This document shows, in pieces, positions 20,601-26,931 of a stretch of 37,927 nt of DNA. Within the stretch, counting starts at the first letter, position 1, and each line of letters opens with the position of its first letter. A program made the position numbers and the translations under genes. Below the pieces are notes generated by a model. The model had not been told where the DNA came from. It saw only the letters and a list, made by a program, of their open reading frames with translations, and did not search any database. Source of the stretch: a virus (Duplodnaviria > Caudoviricetes); the IMG/VR virus record IMGVR_UViG_3300007541_005699, positions 1 to 37,927 of that record. One strand, given 5' to 3'.

Positions 20601-22060
20601 GTTCAAGCGGAACTTCAGGTAGTTCAGGAAGTTCAGGAACAAGTGGCAGTTCAGGAACTTCAGGTTCTTCAGGAACATCAGGTTCAAGCGGTTCAAGTGG
20701 AACAAGTGGTTCAAGTGGTTCATCTGGAACTTCTGGTTCTAGTGGTTCATCAGGAACAAGCGGTTCTTCAGGAACATCAGGTTCAAGCGGCTCATCAGGA
20801 ACTAGCGGAAGTTCAGGCTCAAGCGGAACAAGCGGTTCTTCAGGAACATCTGGTTCATCTGGCTCAAGCGGCACTTCAGGTAGTTCAGGTTCATCTGGTA
20901 CTTCTGGTTCTTCAGGAACAAGTGGTTCATCAGGAACAAGCGGTTCTTCAGGTTCAAGTGGAACATCAGGATCTTCAGGTTCATCAGGAACATCTGGTTC
21001 TAGTGGTACAAGTGGATCAAGCGGTACTTCAGGTTCATCTGGAAGCAGCGGTACTTCAGGTAGTTCTGGTTCTTCAGGAACCAGTGGCTCATCTGGTACT
21101 TCAGGCAGCTCAGGTACTTCAGGTAGCAGTGGTTCATCAGGAACAAGTGGTAGCTCAGGCTCATCTGGAACTTCAGGAAGTTCAGGTACTTCTGGATCAT
21201 CTGGAACATCAGGTTCATCCGGAACTTCAGGCTCATCAGGTTCTTCAGGCACTTCAGGTTCATCAGGTTCTAGTGGTACTTCAGGCTCAAGCGGTTCATC
21301 AGGAACATCAGGTATAAGCGGAGTAAATGGAACATCAGGTTCTAGTGGTACTTCAGGTTCAAGCGGAAGCTCAGGTACTTCAGGATCAAGTGGTTCTTCA
21401 GGAACATCAGGTTCATCTGGCACTTCAGGTTCTTCAGGAACAAGCGGTACTTCAGTATCAGTAAGTGGTACTAATAATACAATTGTTAAGTTTACAAGTG
21501 CTACAACAATTGGTAACTCTACTATTACAGATGATGGAACTACTATTGATTTTGGTGTTCCAACAATGGATGTAGCAAGCGGTAACCTAAATATGGGTGG
21601 TGCTAACATCGACACTGGTGGAGGTAATATTGATATCACTGGAGGCGGAGGTATGAACTTTAACGCTGGTACTATAACAGGTACAGCAGGTTCAGTGATT
21701 AACGTAGATACCTTAAATGGTGTAACTAAAAACTTTGATATAACACACCCAACAAAAGGCGAACCTCATAGATTAAGATACTCAGTATTAGAAGGTCCAG
21801 AAATTGGTGTATATGTTAGAGGTAGATTAACTAATAATAACATAATTGAATTACCATACTACTGGGTTGATTTGGTACATGAAGATTCTATAACAGTAAC
21901 TTTAACTTCAATAGGTAGTTACCAAAACTTATATGTAATATCTACAAGTCCAAAAATAATAACAATAGGAAGTGAAAACGGAAATATAGATTGTTACTAT
22001 GTAGTATACGGAGAACGTAAAGACGTAGACAAACTAACAATTGAATATACTAAAAAATGA
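11606..22060 (+). CDS. Giant Gly-Ser/Thr-Ser repeat (collagen-like) virion fibre protein, 3484 aa
   Basis: ~124-aa N-terminal domain, 3159 aa of G-X-Y triplets and a ~200-aa C-terminal region with a KxFxIxHP...LEGPE..VYxRG phage-fibre terminal motif; preceded by the late motif. Confidence 0.85.
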   Translation: MAQVRFLDQVPVGVYNVDTAGSGGGTIDIYQNGALVSASVPYINISGSAELFTFQTSGVTVYVSSSGVGFPFSGSAVITGSLVISGSDPQPIIIQNLPYDATPSYVVTYNTGTGVFEYSDMPSSGTSGSSGSSGTSGSSGSSGTSGSSGTSGSSGTSGSSGTSGSSGTSGSSGSSGTSGSSGTSGSSGTSGSSGSSGTSGSSGSSGTSGSSGTSGSSGTSGSSGSSGTSGSSGSSGTSGSSGSSGTSGSSGSSGTSGSSGTSGSSGTSGINGSSGTSGSSGTSGSSGSSGTSGSSGTSGSSGTSGSSGSSGTSGSSGSSGTSGSSGSSGTSGSSGSSGTSGSSGSSGTSGSSGSSGTSGSSGSSGTSGSSGTSGSSGTSGIDGSSGSSGTSGSSGTSGSSGSSGTSGSSGSSGTSGSSGSSGTSGSSGSSGTSGSSGTSGSSGTSGSSGSSGTSGSSGSSGTSGSSGSSGTSGSSGTSGSSGTSGSSGTSGIDGSSGSSGTSGSSGTSGSSGSSGTSGSSGSSGTSGISGINGTSGSSGTSGSSGTSGSSGSSGTSGSSGSSGTSGSSGTSGSSGSSGTSGSSGSSGTSGSSGTSGSSGSSGTSGSSGTSGSSGTSGSSGSSGTSGISGVNGTSGSSGSSGTSGSSGSSGTSGSSGTSGSSGSSGTSGSSGTSGSSGSSGTSGSSGSSGTSGSSGSSGTSGSSGTSGSSGSSGTSGSSGSSGTSGISGVNGTSGSSGSSGTSGSSGTSGSSGTSGSSGSSGTSGSSGTSGSSGTSGSSGTSGSSGSSGTSGSSGTSGSSGTSGSSGTSGSSGSSGTSGSSGSSGTSGISGVNGTSGSSGTSGSSGTSGSSGTSGSSGSSGTSGSSGTSGSSGTSGSSGSSGTSGSSGTSGSSGTSGSSGSSGTSGSSGTSGSSGSSGTSGSSGTSGSSGSSGTSGISGVNGTSGSSGTSGSSGTSGSSGSSGTSGSSGTSGSSGTSGSSGSSGTSGSSGTSGSSGTSGSSGSSGTSGSSGSSGTSGSSGTSGSSGSSGTSGSSGSSGTSGISGVNGTSGSSGTSGSSGTSGSSGTSGSSGSSGTSGSSGSSGTSGSSGTSGSSGTSGSSGSSGTSGSSGSSGTSGSSGTSGSSGTSGSSGSSGTSGSSGSSGTSGSSGTSGSSGTSGSSGTSGSSGSSGTSGSSGTSGSSGSSGTSGSSGSSGTSGISGVNGTSGSSGTSGSSGTSGSSGTSGSSGSSGTSGSSGSSGTSGSSGTSGSSGTSGSSGSSGTSGSSGSSGTSGSSGTSGSSGTSGSSGSSGTSGSSGSSGTSGSSGSSGTSGSSGTSGSSGSSGTSGSSGSSGTSGSSGTSGSSGTSGSSGSSGTSGSSGSSGTSGSSGTSGSSGTSGSSGTSGSSGSSGTSGSSGSSGTSGISGVNGTSGSSGTSGSSGTSGSSGSSGTSGSSGSSGTSGSSGTSGSSGTSGSSGSSGTSGSSGSSGTSGSSGTSGSSGTSGSSGSSGTSGSSGSSGTSGSSGTSGSSGTSGSSGSSGTSGSSGSSGTSGSSGTSGSSGTSGSSGSSGTSGSSGSSGTSGSSGTSGSSGTSGSSGTSGSSGSSGTSGSSGSSGTSGSSGSSGTSGISGVNGTSGSSGTSGSSGSSGTSGSSGSSGTSGSSGSSGTSGSSGTSGASGASGTSGTSGTSGSSGSSGTSGSSGTSGSSGSSGTSGSSGSSGSSGSSGSSGSSGSSGTSGSSGSSGTSGSSGTSGSSGTSGSSGSSGTSGSSGTSGSSGTSGSSGSSGTSGSSGSSGTSGSSGTSGSSGSSGTSGSSGSSGTSGSSGSSGTSGISGVNGTSGSSGTSGSSGSSGSSGTSGSSGSSGTSGSSGTSGSSGTSGSSGTSGSSGSSGTSGSSGSSGTSGSSGTSGSSGSSGTSGSSGSSGTSGSSGTSGSSGSSGTSGSSGTSGSSGSSGTSGSSGSSGTSGSSGTSGSSGSSGTSGSSGSSGTSGSSGTSGSSGSSGTSGSSGSSGTSGSSGTSGSSGSSGTSGSSGSSGTSGISGVNGTSGSSGTSGSSGSSGTSGSSGSSGTSGSSGSSGTSGSSGTSGSSGTSGSSGSSGTSGSSGSSGTSGSSGTSGSSGSSGTSGSSGTSGSSGSSGSSGSSGTSGSSGSSGTSGSSGSSGTSGSSGSSGTSGSSGTSGSSGTSGSSGTSGSSGSSGTSGSSGSSGTSGSSGSSGTSGSSGTSGSSGTSGSSGSSGTSGSSGSSGTSGISGVNGTSGSSGTSGSSGTSGSSGTSGSSGSSGTSGSSGSSGTSGSSGTSGSSGSSGTSGSSGTSGSSGSSGTSGSSGSSGTSGSSGSSGTSGSSGSSGTSGSSGTSGSSGTSGSSGSSGTSGSSGSSGTSGSSGTSGSSGTSGSSGTSGSSGSSGTSGSSGSSGTSGSSGTSGSSGSSGTSGSSGSSGTSGSSGTSGSSGTSGSSGSSGTSGISGVNGTSGSSGTSGSSGTSGSSGTSGSSGSSGTSGSSGSSGTSGSSGTSGSSGTSGSSGSSGTSGSSGSSGTSGSSGTSGSSGSSGTSGSSGSSGTSGSSGTSGSSGSSGTSGSSGTSGSSGSSGTSGSSGSSGTSGSSGTSGSSGTSGSSGTSGSSGSSGTSGSSGSSGTSGSSGTSGSSGTSGSSGSSGTSGSSGSSGTSGSSGTSGSSGSSGTSGSSGSSGTSGSSGTSGSSGTSGSSGTSGSSGSSGTSGSSGSSGTSGISGVNGTSGSSGTSGSSGTSGSSGTSGSSGSSGTSGSSGSSGTSGSSGTSGSSGTSGSSGSSGTSGSSGSSGTSGSSGTSGSSGTSGSSGSSGTSGSSGSSGTSGSSGTSGSSGTSGSSGSSGTSGSSGSSGTSGSSGTSGSSGTSGSSGTSGSSGSSGTSGSSGSSGTSGSSGTSGSSGTSGSSGSSGTSGSSGSSGTSGSSGTSGSSGTSGSSGSSGTSGSSGSSGTSGSSGTSGSSGSSGTSGSSGTSGSSGTSGSSGSSGTSGISGVNGTSGSSGTSGSSGTSGSSGTSGSSGSSGTSGSSGSSGTSGSSGTSGSSGTSGSSGSSGTSGSSGSSGTSGSSGSSGTSGSSGTSGSSGSSGTSGSSGSSGTSGSSGTSGSSGSSGTSGSSGSSGTSGSSGTSGSSGTSGSSGSSGTSGSSGSSGTSGSSGTSGSSGTSGSSGSSGTSGSSGSSGTSGSSGTSGSSGTSGSSGSSGTSGSSGSSGTSGSSGTSGSSGTSGSSGTSGSSGSSGTSGSSGSSGTSGSSGSSGTSGISGVNGTSGSSGTSGSSGSSGTSGSSGSSGTSGSSGTSGSSGTSGTSVSVSGTNNTIVKFTSATTIGNSTITDDGTTIDFGVPTMDVASGNLNMGGANIDTGGGNIDITGGGGMNFNAGTITGTAGSVINVDTLNGVTKNFDITHPTKGEPHRLRYSVLEGPEIGVYVRGRLTNNNIIELPYYWVDLVHEDSITVTLTSIGSYQNLYVISTSPKIITIGSENGNIDCYYVVYGERKDVDKLTIEYTKK
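11978..21454 (+). repeat. 9-nt-period coding repeat: 1053 Gly-X-Y triplets (almost all GSS/GTS)
   Basis: 9477 nt = exactly 1053 x 9; all 19 variant triplets checked fall in the same 9-nt register; synonymous codons are heavily shuffled. Confidence 0.95.
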
Positions 22061-22068
22061 TATTTATA
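22060..22068 (+). promoter_or_regulatory. Candidate late promoter ATATTTATA
   Basis: Overlaps the stop of the giant gene, 4 nt before ATG 22073. Confidence 0.55.
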
Positions 22069-22072
22069 ACAA

Positions 22073-24433
22073 ATGGCTAAAAATGTCCAAATAATACCAG
22101 CTTCAGGAACTCTAGATTTCCAGGATGGAACTCAATCAGTTACACTAACCATGAAAAAATCAGGGGCAGTTGCTACAGGTGTTGATATATCTGTAAATGG
22201 TTCAGCTCCTGTAAGTATTCAAGGTACTCAAGGTACTCAAGGAAGACAAGGTATCACTGGACCTCAAGGTACTACAGGAACCCAAGGTACAACAGGTACA
22301 CAAGGTACAACAGGTACCCAAGGTACAACAGGTACCCAAGGTACAACAGGTACACAAGGTACAACAGGTACCCAAGGCACAACAGGTACACAAGGTACAA
22401 CAGGTACTCAAGGGGCTACAGGAACCCAAGGTGCTATAGGAGCTCAAGGTATAACAGGTGCTCAAGGTGTTCAAGGTAATATTGGTCCTTTAGGTCCAAC
22501 GGGTCCAACAGGCCCAACAGGTCCTCAAGGTACAACAGGTGCAACAGGTGCTCAAGGTATTCAAGGTATAACAGGTAATACGGGTCCCACTGGTCCAACA
22601 GGTCCTACTGGTCCTCAAGGTACTACTGGTGGAACAGGCCCAACTGGTCCTCAAGGAACAATTGGAGCTCAAGGTATCCAAGGTCGCCAAGGTATAACAG
22701 GTCCTGTAGGTGCTACAGGTCCTCAAGGTACTACTGGAGGAACAGGTCCAACAGGTCCAACAGGTCCAACAGGTCCTCAAGGTATACAAGGTATTGTAGG
22801 AGCAACAGGAGCTACTGGACCAACAGGCCCAACAGGTCCTACTGGTTCTCAAGGCACTACTGGTGCTACTGGACCAACAGGTCCTACAGGTGCTCAAGGT
22901 ATCCAAGGTCGTCAAGGTATAACAGGTAATACGGGTCCAACAGGCCCAACAGGTACCCAAGGTACTACAGGCCCAGTAGGTCCTGTTGGTGCTCAAGGTA
23001 TTCAAGGTATAATAGGTCCAGTAGGTGCAACAGGTCCAACTGGTCCAACAGGTCCTCAAGGTACAACAGGTGCAACAGGTGCCCAAGGTATTCAAGGTCG
23101 TCAAGGTATTACTGGTAATACAGGAGGAACTGGTCCTACTGGTCCTACTGGTCCAACAGGTCCTCAAGGTACAACTGGTGCCACTGGAAGTACAGGTGCC
23201 CAAGGTATTCAAGGCCGTCAAGGTATAACAGGTAATACAGGAGGTACTGGTCCAACAGGCCCAACAGGTCCTACTGGTCCTCAAGGTACAACAGGGTCTA
23301 TTGGTCCTATTGGTGCTCAAGGTTTACAAGGTATACAAGGTATAGTAGGTCCTTTTGGAGCTACTGGTCCTCAAGGTACAACAGGTGCAACTGGAAGTAC
23401 AGGTCCTCAAGGTATTCAAGGCCGTCAAGGTATAACAGGTAATACTGGAGGAACAGGCCCAACAGGTCCTCAAGGTACTACAGGTGCAACTGGAGGAACA
23501 GGCCCAACAGGTCCTCAAGGAACAACAGGCGCTACAGGTGCAACAGGTGCCCAAGGTATTCAAGGTCGTCAAGGTATAACTGGTAATACAGGAGGTACTG
23601 GTCCAACAGGTCCTCAAGGTACTACTGGTGCAACTGGCGCTACAGGTTCTCAAGGAACAACAGGTGCTACTGGAAGTACAGGTGCTCAAGGTATCCAAGG
23701 TCGCCAAGGTATAACAGGTAACACAGGTGGAACAGGCCCAACAGGTCCTCAAGGTACTACTGGTGCAACCGGTGGAACAGGTCCAACAGGTCCTCAAGGA
23801 GCAATTGGAGCTCAAGGTATCCAAGGCCGTCAAGGTATAATAGGTCCTGTAGGTGCTACAGGTCCTCAAGGAACAACTGGTGCAACTGGAGGAACAGGCC
23901 CAACAGGTCCTCAAGGTACAACCGGGGGAACAGGTGCTCAAGGTATTCAAGGTCGCCAAGGTATAACAGGAGCAAATGGAGGTACAGGCCCAACAGGTCC
24001 TCAAGGTACAACTGGTCCTCAAGGTACTACTGGTGGATTTACTACAAATTCAAATGCTCAAATTAACTCATTAGGAGTAAACACTCCAGCACCAGGTATA
24101 GCCGGAGAAATTAGAGCTACAGGTAATATTATTGCTTTCTTCTCAGATGCTAGATTAAAAACTAATGTAGAAAAAATTGAATCTGCTTTAGAATTAATAT
24201 CAAAGATTAGAGGTGTTAGATATAATTGGACTGAAGAAGCTGAAGAAATGGCCCCTTCAAGAGCAGGTAAAACTGAAATTGGAGTTATTGCTCAAGAAAT
24301 TGAAACAGTATTTCCAGAAGTAGTAGTAGATTGGGATGAATATAAGACAGTAGTATATGATAGATTAGTAGCGGTATTAATTGAAGCTGTTAAAGAACTT
24401 CATGAAGAAATTAAACAACTAAAAAATAAATAA
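22073..24433 (+). CDS. Collagen-like fibre with C-terminal peptidase S74 intramolecular chaperone
   Basis: 202 G-X-Y triplets ([15 protein letters not shown]); [19 protein letters not shown] cleavage motif at 24143; IGVIAQE and [12 protein letters not shown] coiled-coil end. Confidence 0.9.
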   Translation: MAKNVQIIPASGTLDFQDGTQSVTLTMKKSGAVATGVDISVNGSAPVSIQGTQGTQGRQGITGPQGTTGTQGTTGTQGTTGTQGTTGTQGTTGTQGTTGTQGTTGTQGTTGTQGATGTQGAIGAQGITGAQGVQGNIGPLGPTGPTGPTGPQGTTGATGAQGIQGITGNTGPTGPTGPTGPQGTTGGTGPTGPQGTIGAQGIQGRQGITGPVGATGPQGTTGGTGPTGPTGPTGPQGIQGIVGATGATGPTGPTGPTGSQGTTGATGPTGPTGAQGIQGRQGITGNTGPTGPTGTQGTTGPVGPVGAQGIQGIIGPVGATGPTGPTGPQGTTGATGAQGIQGRQGITGNTGGTGPTGPTGPTGPQGTTGATGSTGAQGIQGRQGITGNTGGTGPTGPTGPTGPQGTTGSIGPIGAQGLQGIQGIVGPFGATGPQGTTGATGSTGPQGIQGRQGITGNTGGTGPTGPQGTTGATGGTGPTGPQGTTGATGATGAQGIQGRQGITGNTGGTGPTGPQGTTGATGATGSQGTTGATGSTGAQGIQGRQGITGNTGGTGPTGPQGTTGATGGTGPTGPQGAIGAQGIQGRQGIIGPVGATGPQGTTGATGGTGPTGPQGTTGGTGAQGIQGRQGITGANGGTGPTGPQGTTGPQGTTGGFTTNSNAQINSLGVNTPAPGIAGEIRATGNIIAFFSDARLKTNVEKIESALELISKIRGVRYNWTEEAEEMAPSRAGKTEIGVIAQEIETVFPEVVVDWDEYKTVVYDRLVAVLIEAVKELHEEIKQLKNK
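22223..24040 (+). repeat. Collagen Gly-X-Y repeat region (202 triplets)
   Basis: 1818 nt = 202 x 9; recurring [13 protein letters not shown] blocks. Confidence 0.9.
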
Positions 24434-24436
24434 TAT

Positions 24437-25321
24437 ATGTTACCATATTCAGGAGAAATAGGATACGGTGATATTCGAGGAGAATTTGGAAGTCCAAATA
24501 ACTTTAATTTGCAAGATGTTTGGAATGGAACTTATGGCCCTTTTAATGTATATAGTTATATCCAACCTATAGACCCGGGAGGAGCTAATTACTCTCCTGC
24601 TGATTTTTATGGGTATGATGGTCAATATATAGTTTCAAATAATCTAGTTACTGTTTGGGATGCCTGGCCTACCATTAACTCATACCCAGGATTTGGAACA
24701 TCAATTACAGATGTCACATTTAATGGACATGATGGTACTCTTTACAATGGAACTGGTTGGGATCCTAGTGATGGAGGATCTTTTTCTTTTGATGGTATAG
24801 ATGATTATATAGCTGGTTTTACTCCTTACTGGACTTTTGGAAATGAAATAACAGTAGATATTTGGATTAAATGGAATACTTCTATTAACTATGGTCAAGG
24901 AGTTGGACAAGGAGTACTAAACAATTATGACAATCCAGGTGATAATATGTGGTTAATGCATGGGAATGGTGGAGGCCAACAAACACTTTCTATATTTGCT
25001 TGGGATTCACCTACTTCTACAGTTGGAGGAGCTACATCAGGATATTTAACTACAGGTAACTGGTACAATTTAATAGGTGTTATAAACTCTGCCGGTTCTC
25101 AAATGTATACAAATGGTACTTTGACAGGAACGGGGGGTGGTTTTGGTGGTGGAAATATGAATACAACCCCATCATCATGTTTATTAGGTGGGGGTGATGT
25201 TAGATATGATTTTAGACGTATGGGTGGAAATATAGCTGCTATTCATATTTACAACTCTGCTTTTATACAAGCTGAAGTAACCCAAAATTTTGGTGCTTTA
25301 AGAGGAAGATTTGGTATTTAA
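24437..25321 (+). CDS. LamG / concanavalin A-like lectin domain virion protein (possible adhesin)
   Basis: FSFDGIDDYI, ITVDIWIK, WYNLIGV and IAAIHIYNSA...EVTQNF; short fibre-tip-like N-terminus (LPYSGEIGYGDIRGEFG). Confidence 0.75.
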   Translation: MLPYSGEIGYGDIRGEFGSPNNFNLQDVWNGTYGPFNVYSYIQPIDPGGANYSPADFYGYDGQYIVSNNLVTVWDAWPTINSYPGFGTSITDVTFNGHDGTLYNGTGWDPSDGGSFSFDGIDDYIAGFTPYWTFGNEITVDIWIKWNTSINYGQGVGQGVLNNYDNPGDNMWLMHGNGGGQQTLSIFAWDSPTSTVGGATSGYLTTGNWYNLIGVINSAGSQMYTNGTLTGTGGGFGGGNMNTTPSSCLLGGGDVRYDFRRMGGNIAAIHIYNSAFIQAEVTQNFGALRGRFGI

Positions 25322-25323
25322 AT

Positions 25324-25352
25324 TTGGTTTTTTAAAATAATTTTATTATATT
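25324..25352 (+). promoter_or_regulatory. Possible sigma70-like promoter for the modification cluster
   Basis: TTGGTT-N17-TATATT just before ATG 25359; the region is very AT-rich, so a chance match is possible. Confidence 0.3.
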
Positions 25353-25358
25353 ATAGTT

Positions 25359-25940
25359 ATGTATTCAAGACCTATATTTGATCCTAATTTAGAAGTTGAT
25401 CAAACTAATTATTATTGGTTCGAAAATGGATTTACTTCAAAAGAAGTAACAGAAATCCTAGAACTTACAAAAACTTATGAATTTCAACAAGGTACTATTA
25501 TATCTGGTAACACTGGAGATATAAGAAATAGTAGTATTAAATGGCTTGCTCCTGATGAAAAAACATCATGGGTTTATGATCGTTTAATGGGATGTGTTAA
25601 AGAAGCCAATAATGTTTGGAAATTTAATCTTAATTCTATTTTAGATGATATTCAATATACTGAATATAGAGGTGGAGGAGGTCATTATGATTGGCATATA
25701 GACATAGGTCCAGGACCAATTTCCCACCGTAAAATTTCAGTTATTGTCCAACTTTCAAATCCTTCAGAGTATACTGGAGGTACTTTAGAAATAAGTTCAG
25801 GAAGTAATACTCAAAAAATATCTAATAAAAAAGGAGCCGTAATTGTATTTCCTTCATTTTTACAACATCGAATAACTCCTGTAGCCTCAGGTCTAAGAAA
25901 AAGTTTGGTATTGTGGGCTGGTGGAGAACATTATAAATAA
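25359..25940 (+). CDS. 2OG-Fe(II) dioxygenase (prolyl-hydroxylase/PKHD-like)
   Basis: HYDWHID (HxD), RKISVIVQL, YTGG, FPSFLQHRITPV (distal His) and RKSLVLW (2OG-binding Arg). Confidence 0.9.
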   Translation: MYSRPIFDPNLEVDQTNYYWFENGFTSKEVTEILELTKTYEFQQGTIISGNTGDIRNSSIKWLAPDEKTSWVYDRLMGCVKEANNVWKFNLNSILDDIQYTEYRGGGGHYDWHIDIGPGPISHRKISVIVQLSNPSEYTGGTLEISSGSNTQKISNKKGAVIVFPSFLQHRITPVASGLRKSLVLWAGGEHYK

Positions 25941-25941
25941 A

Positions 25942-26931
25942 ATGATTGATAATCTTGTTAAATTAGTTTTAGATAAAGGAGGTTCTATATCTCATTTAAA
26001 AATTCCTTCAATTGATAGTAAAGGAACAGGTTTATGTAATCCTTCTATTTTTGTAGATAATGATGGAACTCTTTTACTTAATTTACGAAATGTAGGATAT
26101 GTTCTTTATTTATGTGAAAATGAACAAAAATTTCAAGGACGTTGGGGACCATTAGCATATCTCCACCCAGAAGAAGATCCCCATTTACGAACAGATAATT
26201 TTCTTTGTATTTTAGATCCTAAAACCTTAGAAATTAAATCTTACAATAAAGTAAACACATCAGAATTGGATATTGAGCCTGTTTGGGATTTTATAGGACT
26301 AGAAGATGCTAGAGTAGTTCGTTGGGATGGTATTTTATACATTACAGGTGTTAGAAGAGATACTAAGCCAAATGGAGAAGGACGAATGGAATTATCTGAA
26401 ATAGATAATTTTAAAACTGCTAATGAAATTTCAAGAGTCAGAATAGAACCACCTAACGACCCTGATTCTTATTGTGAAAAAAATTGGATGCCTATTAATG
26501 ATATGGATTACTGTTATGTTAAATGGGCTAATCCAACTGAGGTAGTTAAAGTAGATCCTATTAAAGGAACTAGCGAAACCATATTTTTAGGAAATTTTAA
26601 AGAAATAAGTCCAAACCATGATGCTAGAGGAGGCTCATCAGTAGTTAAATGGAAAAACTACAGATTATGCGTTGTTCATGAAGTTGATTTTTGGATGAAT
26701 GAAAATAATAATAAAGATGGTATTTATAACCATCGTATTATTGTTTGGGATGAAAATTGGAATATTGTAAAATATTCTGATGTTTTTAAATTTATGACAG
26801 GACGAATTGAATTTATTTGTGGAGCAGCAGTTGTTGATAATGATTTAGTTTTAACTTATGGATTCCATGATAATGCAGCTTTTGCATTAAGAATCCCTGA
26901 AAATGTTGTAGAGGAATTAATCAATGGATAA
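25942..26931 (+). CDS. Five-bladed beta-propeller glycoside hydrolase/phosphorylase-like protein (GH130-like)
   Basis: CNPSIF, GLEDARVV, EKNWMP, RGGS and IEFICG motifs; ATG 25942 preferred over the overlapping GTG at 25921. Confidence 0.7.
   Translation: MIDNLVKLVLDKGGSISHLKIPSIDSKGTGLCNPSIFVDNDGTLLLNLRNVGYVLYLCENEQKFQGRWGPLAYLHPEEDPHLRTDNFLCILDPKTLEIKSYNKVNTSELDIEPVWDFIGLEDARVVRWDGILYITGVRRDTKPNGEGRMELSEIDNFKTANEISRVRIEPPNDPDSYCEKNWMPINDMDYCYVKWANPTEVVKVDPIKGTSETIFLGNFKEISPNHDARGGSSVVKWKNYRLCVVHEVDFWMNENNNKDGIYNHRIIVWDENWNIVKYSDVFKFMTGRIEFICGAAVVDNDLVLTYGFHDNAAFALRIPENVVEELING

Noticed and set aside
11952-21317. Many alternative-frame Q/V/L/H-rich ORFs on both strands
   Set aside because: Off-frame readings of the repeat; the + strand ones stop at the GIS-GVN marks.
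11978-21454. Possible CRISPR array or DGR-like repeat (recurring ggtataagtggtgt marks)
   Set aside because: The marks are in-frame coding with synonymous variation, the intervals are hundreds of bases of the same repeat, and no cas or reverse transcriptase gene is present.
11887-21639. 3250-aa antisense Pro/Glu/Val-rich ORF
   Set aside because: Shadow of the GGN-TCN/AGY/ACN repeat, whose complement lacks stops in that frame; it has no unique domain or expression signals, and all real genes are on +.
22202-24022. Cys/Thr-rich antisense ORFs and + ORF 23025..23228
   Set aside because: Shadows of the collagen gene.
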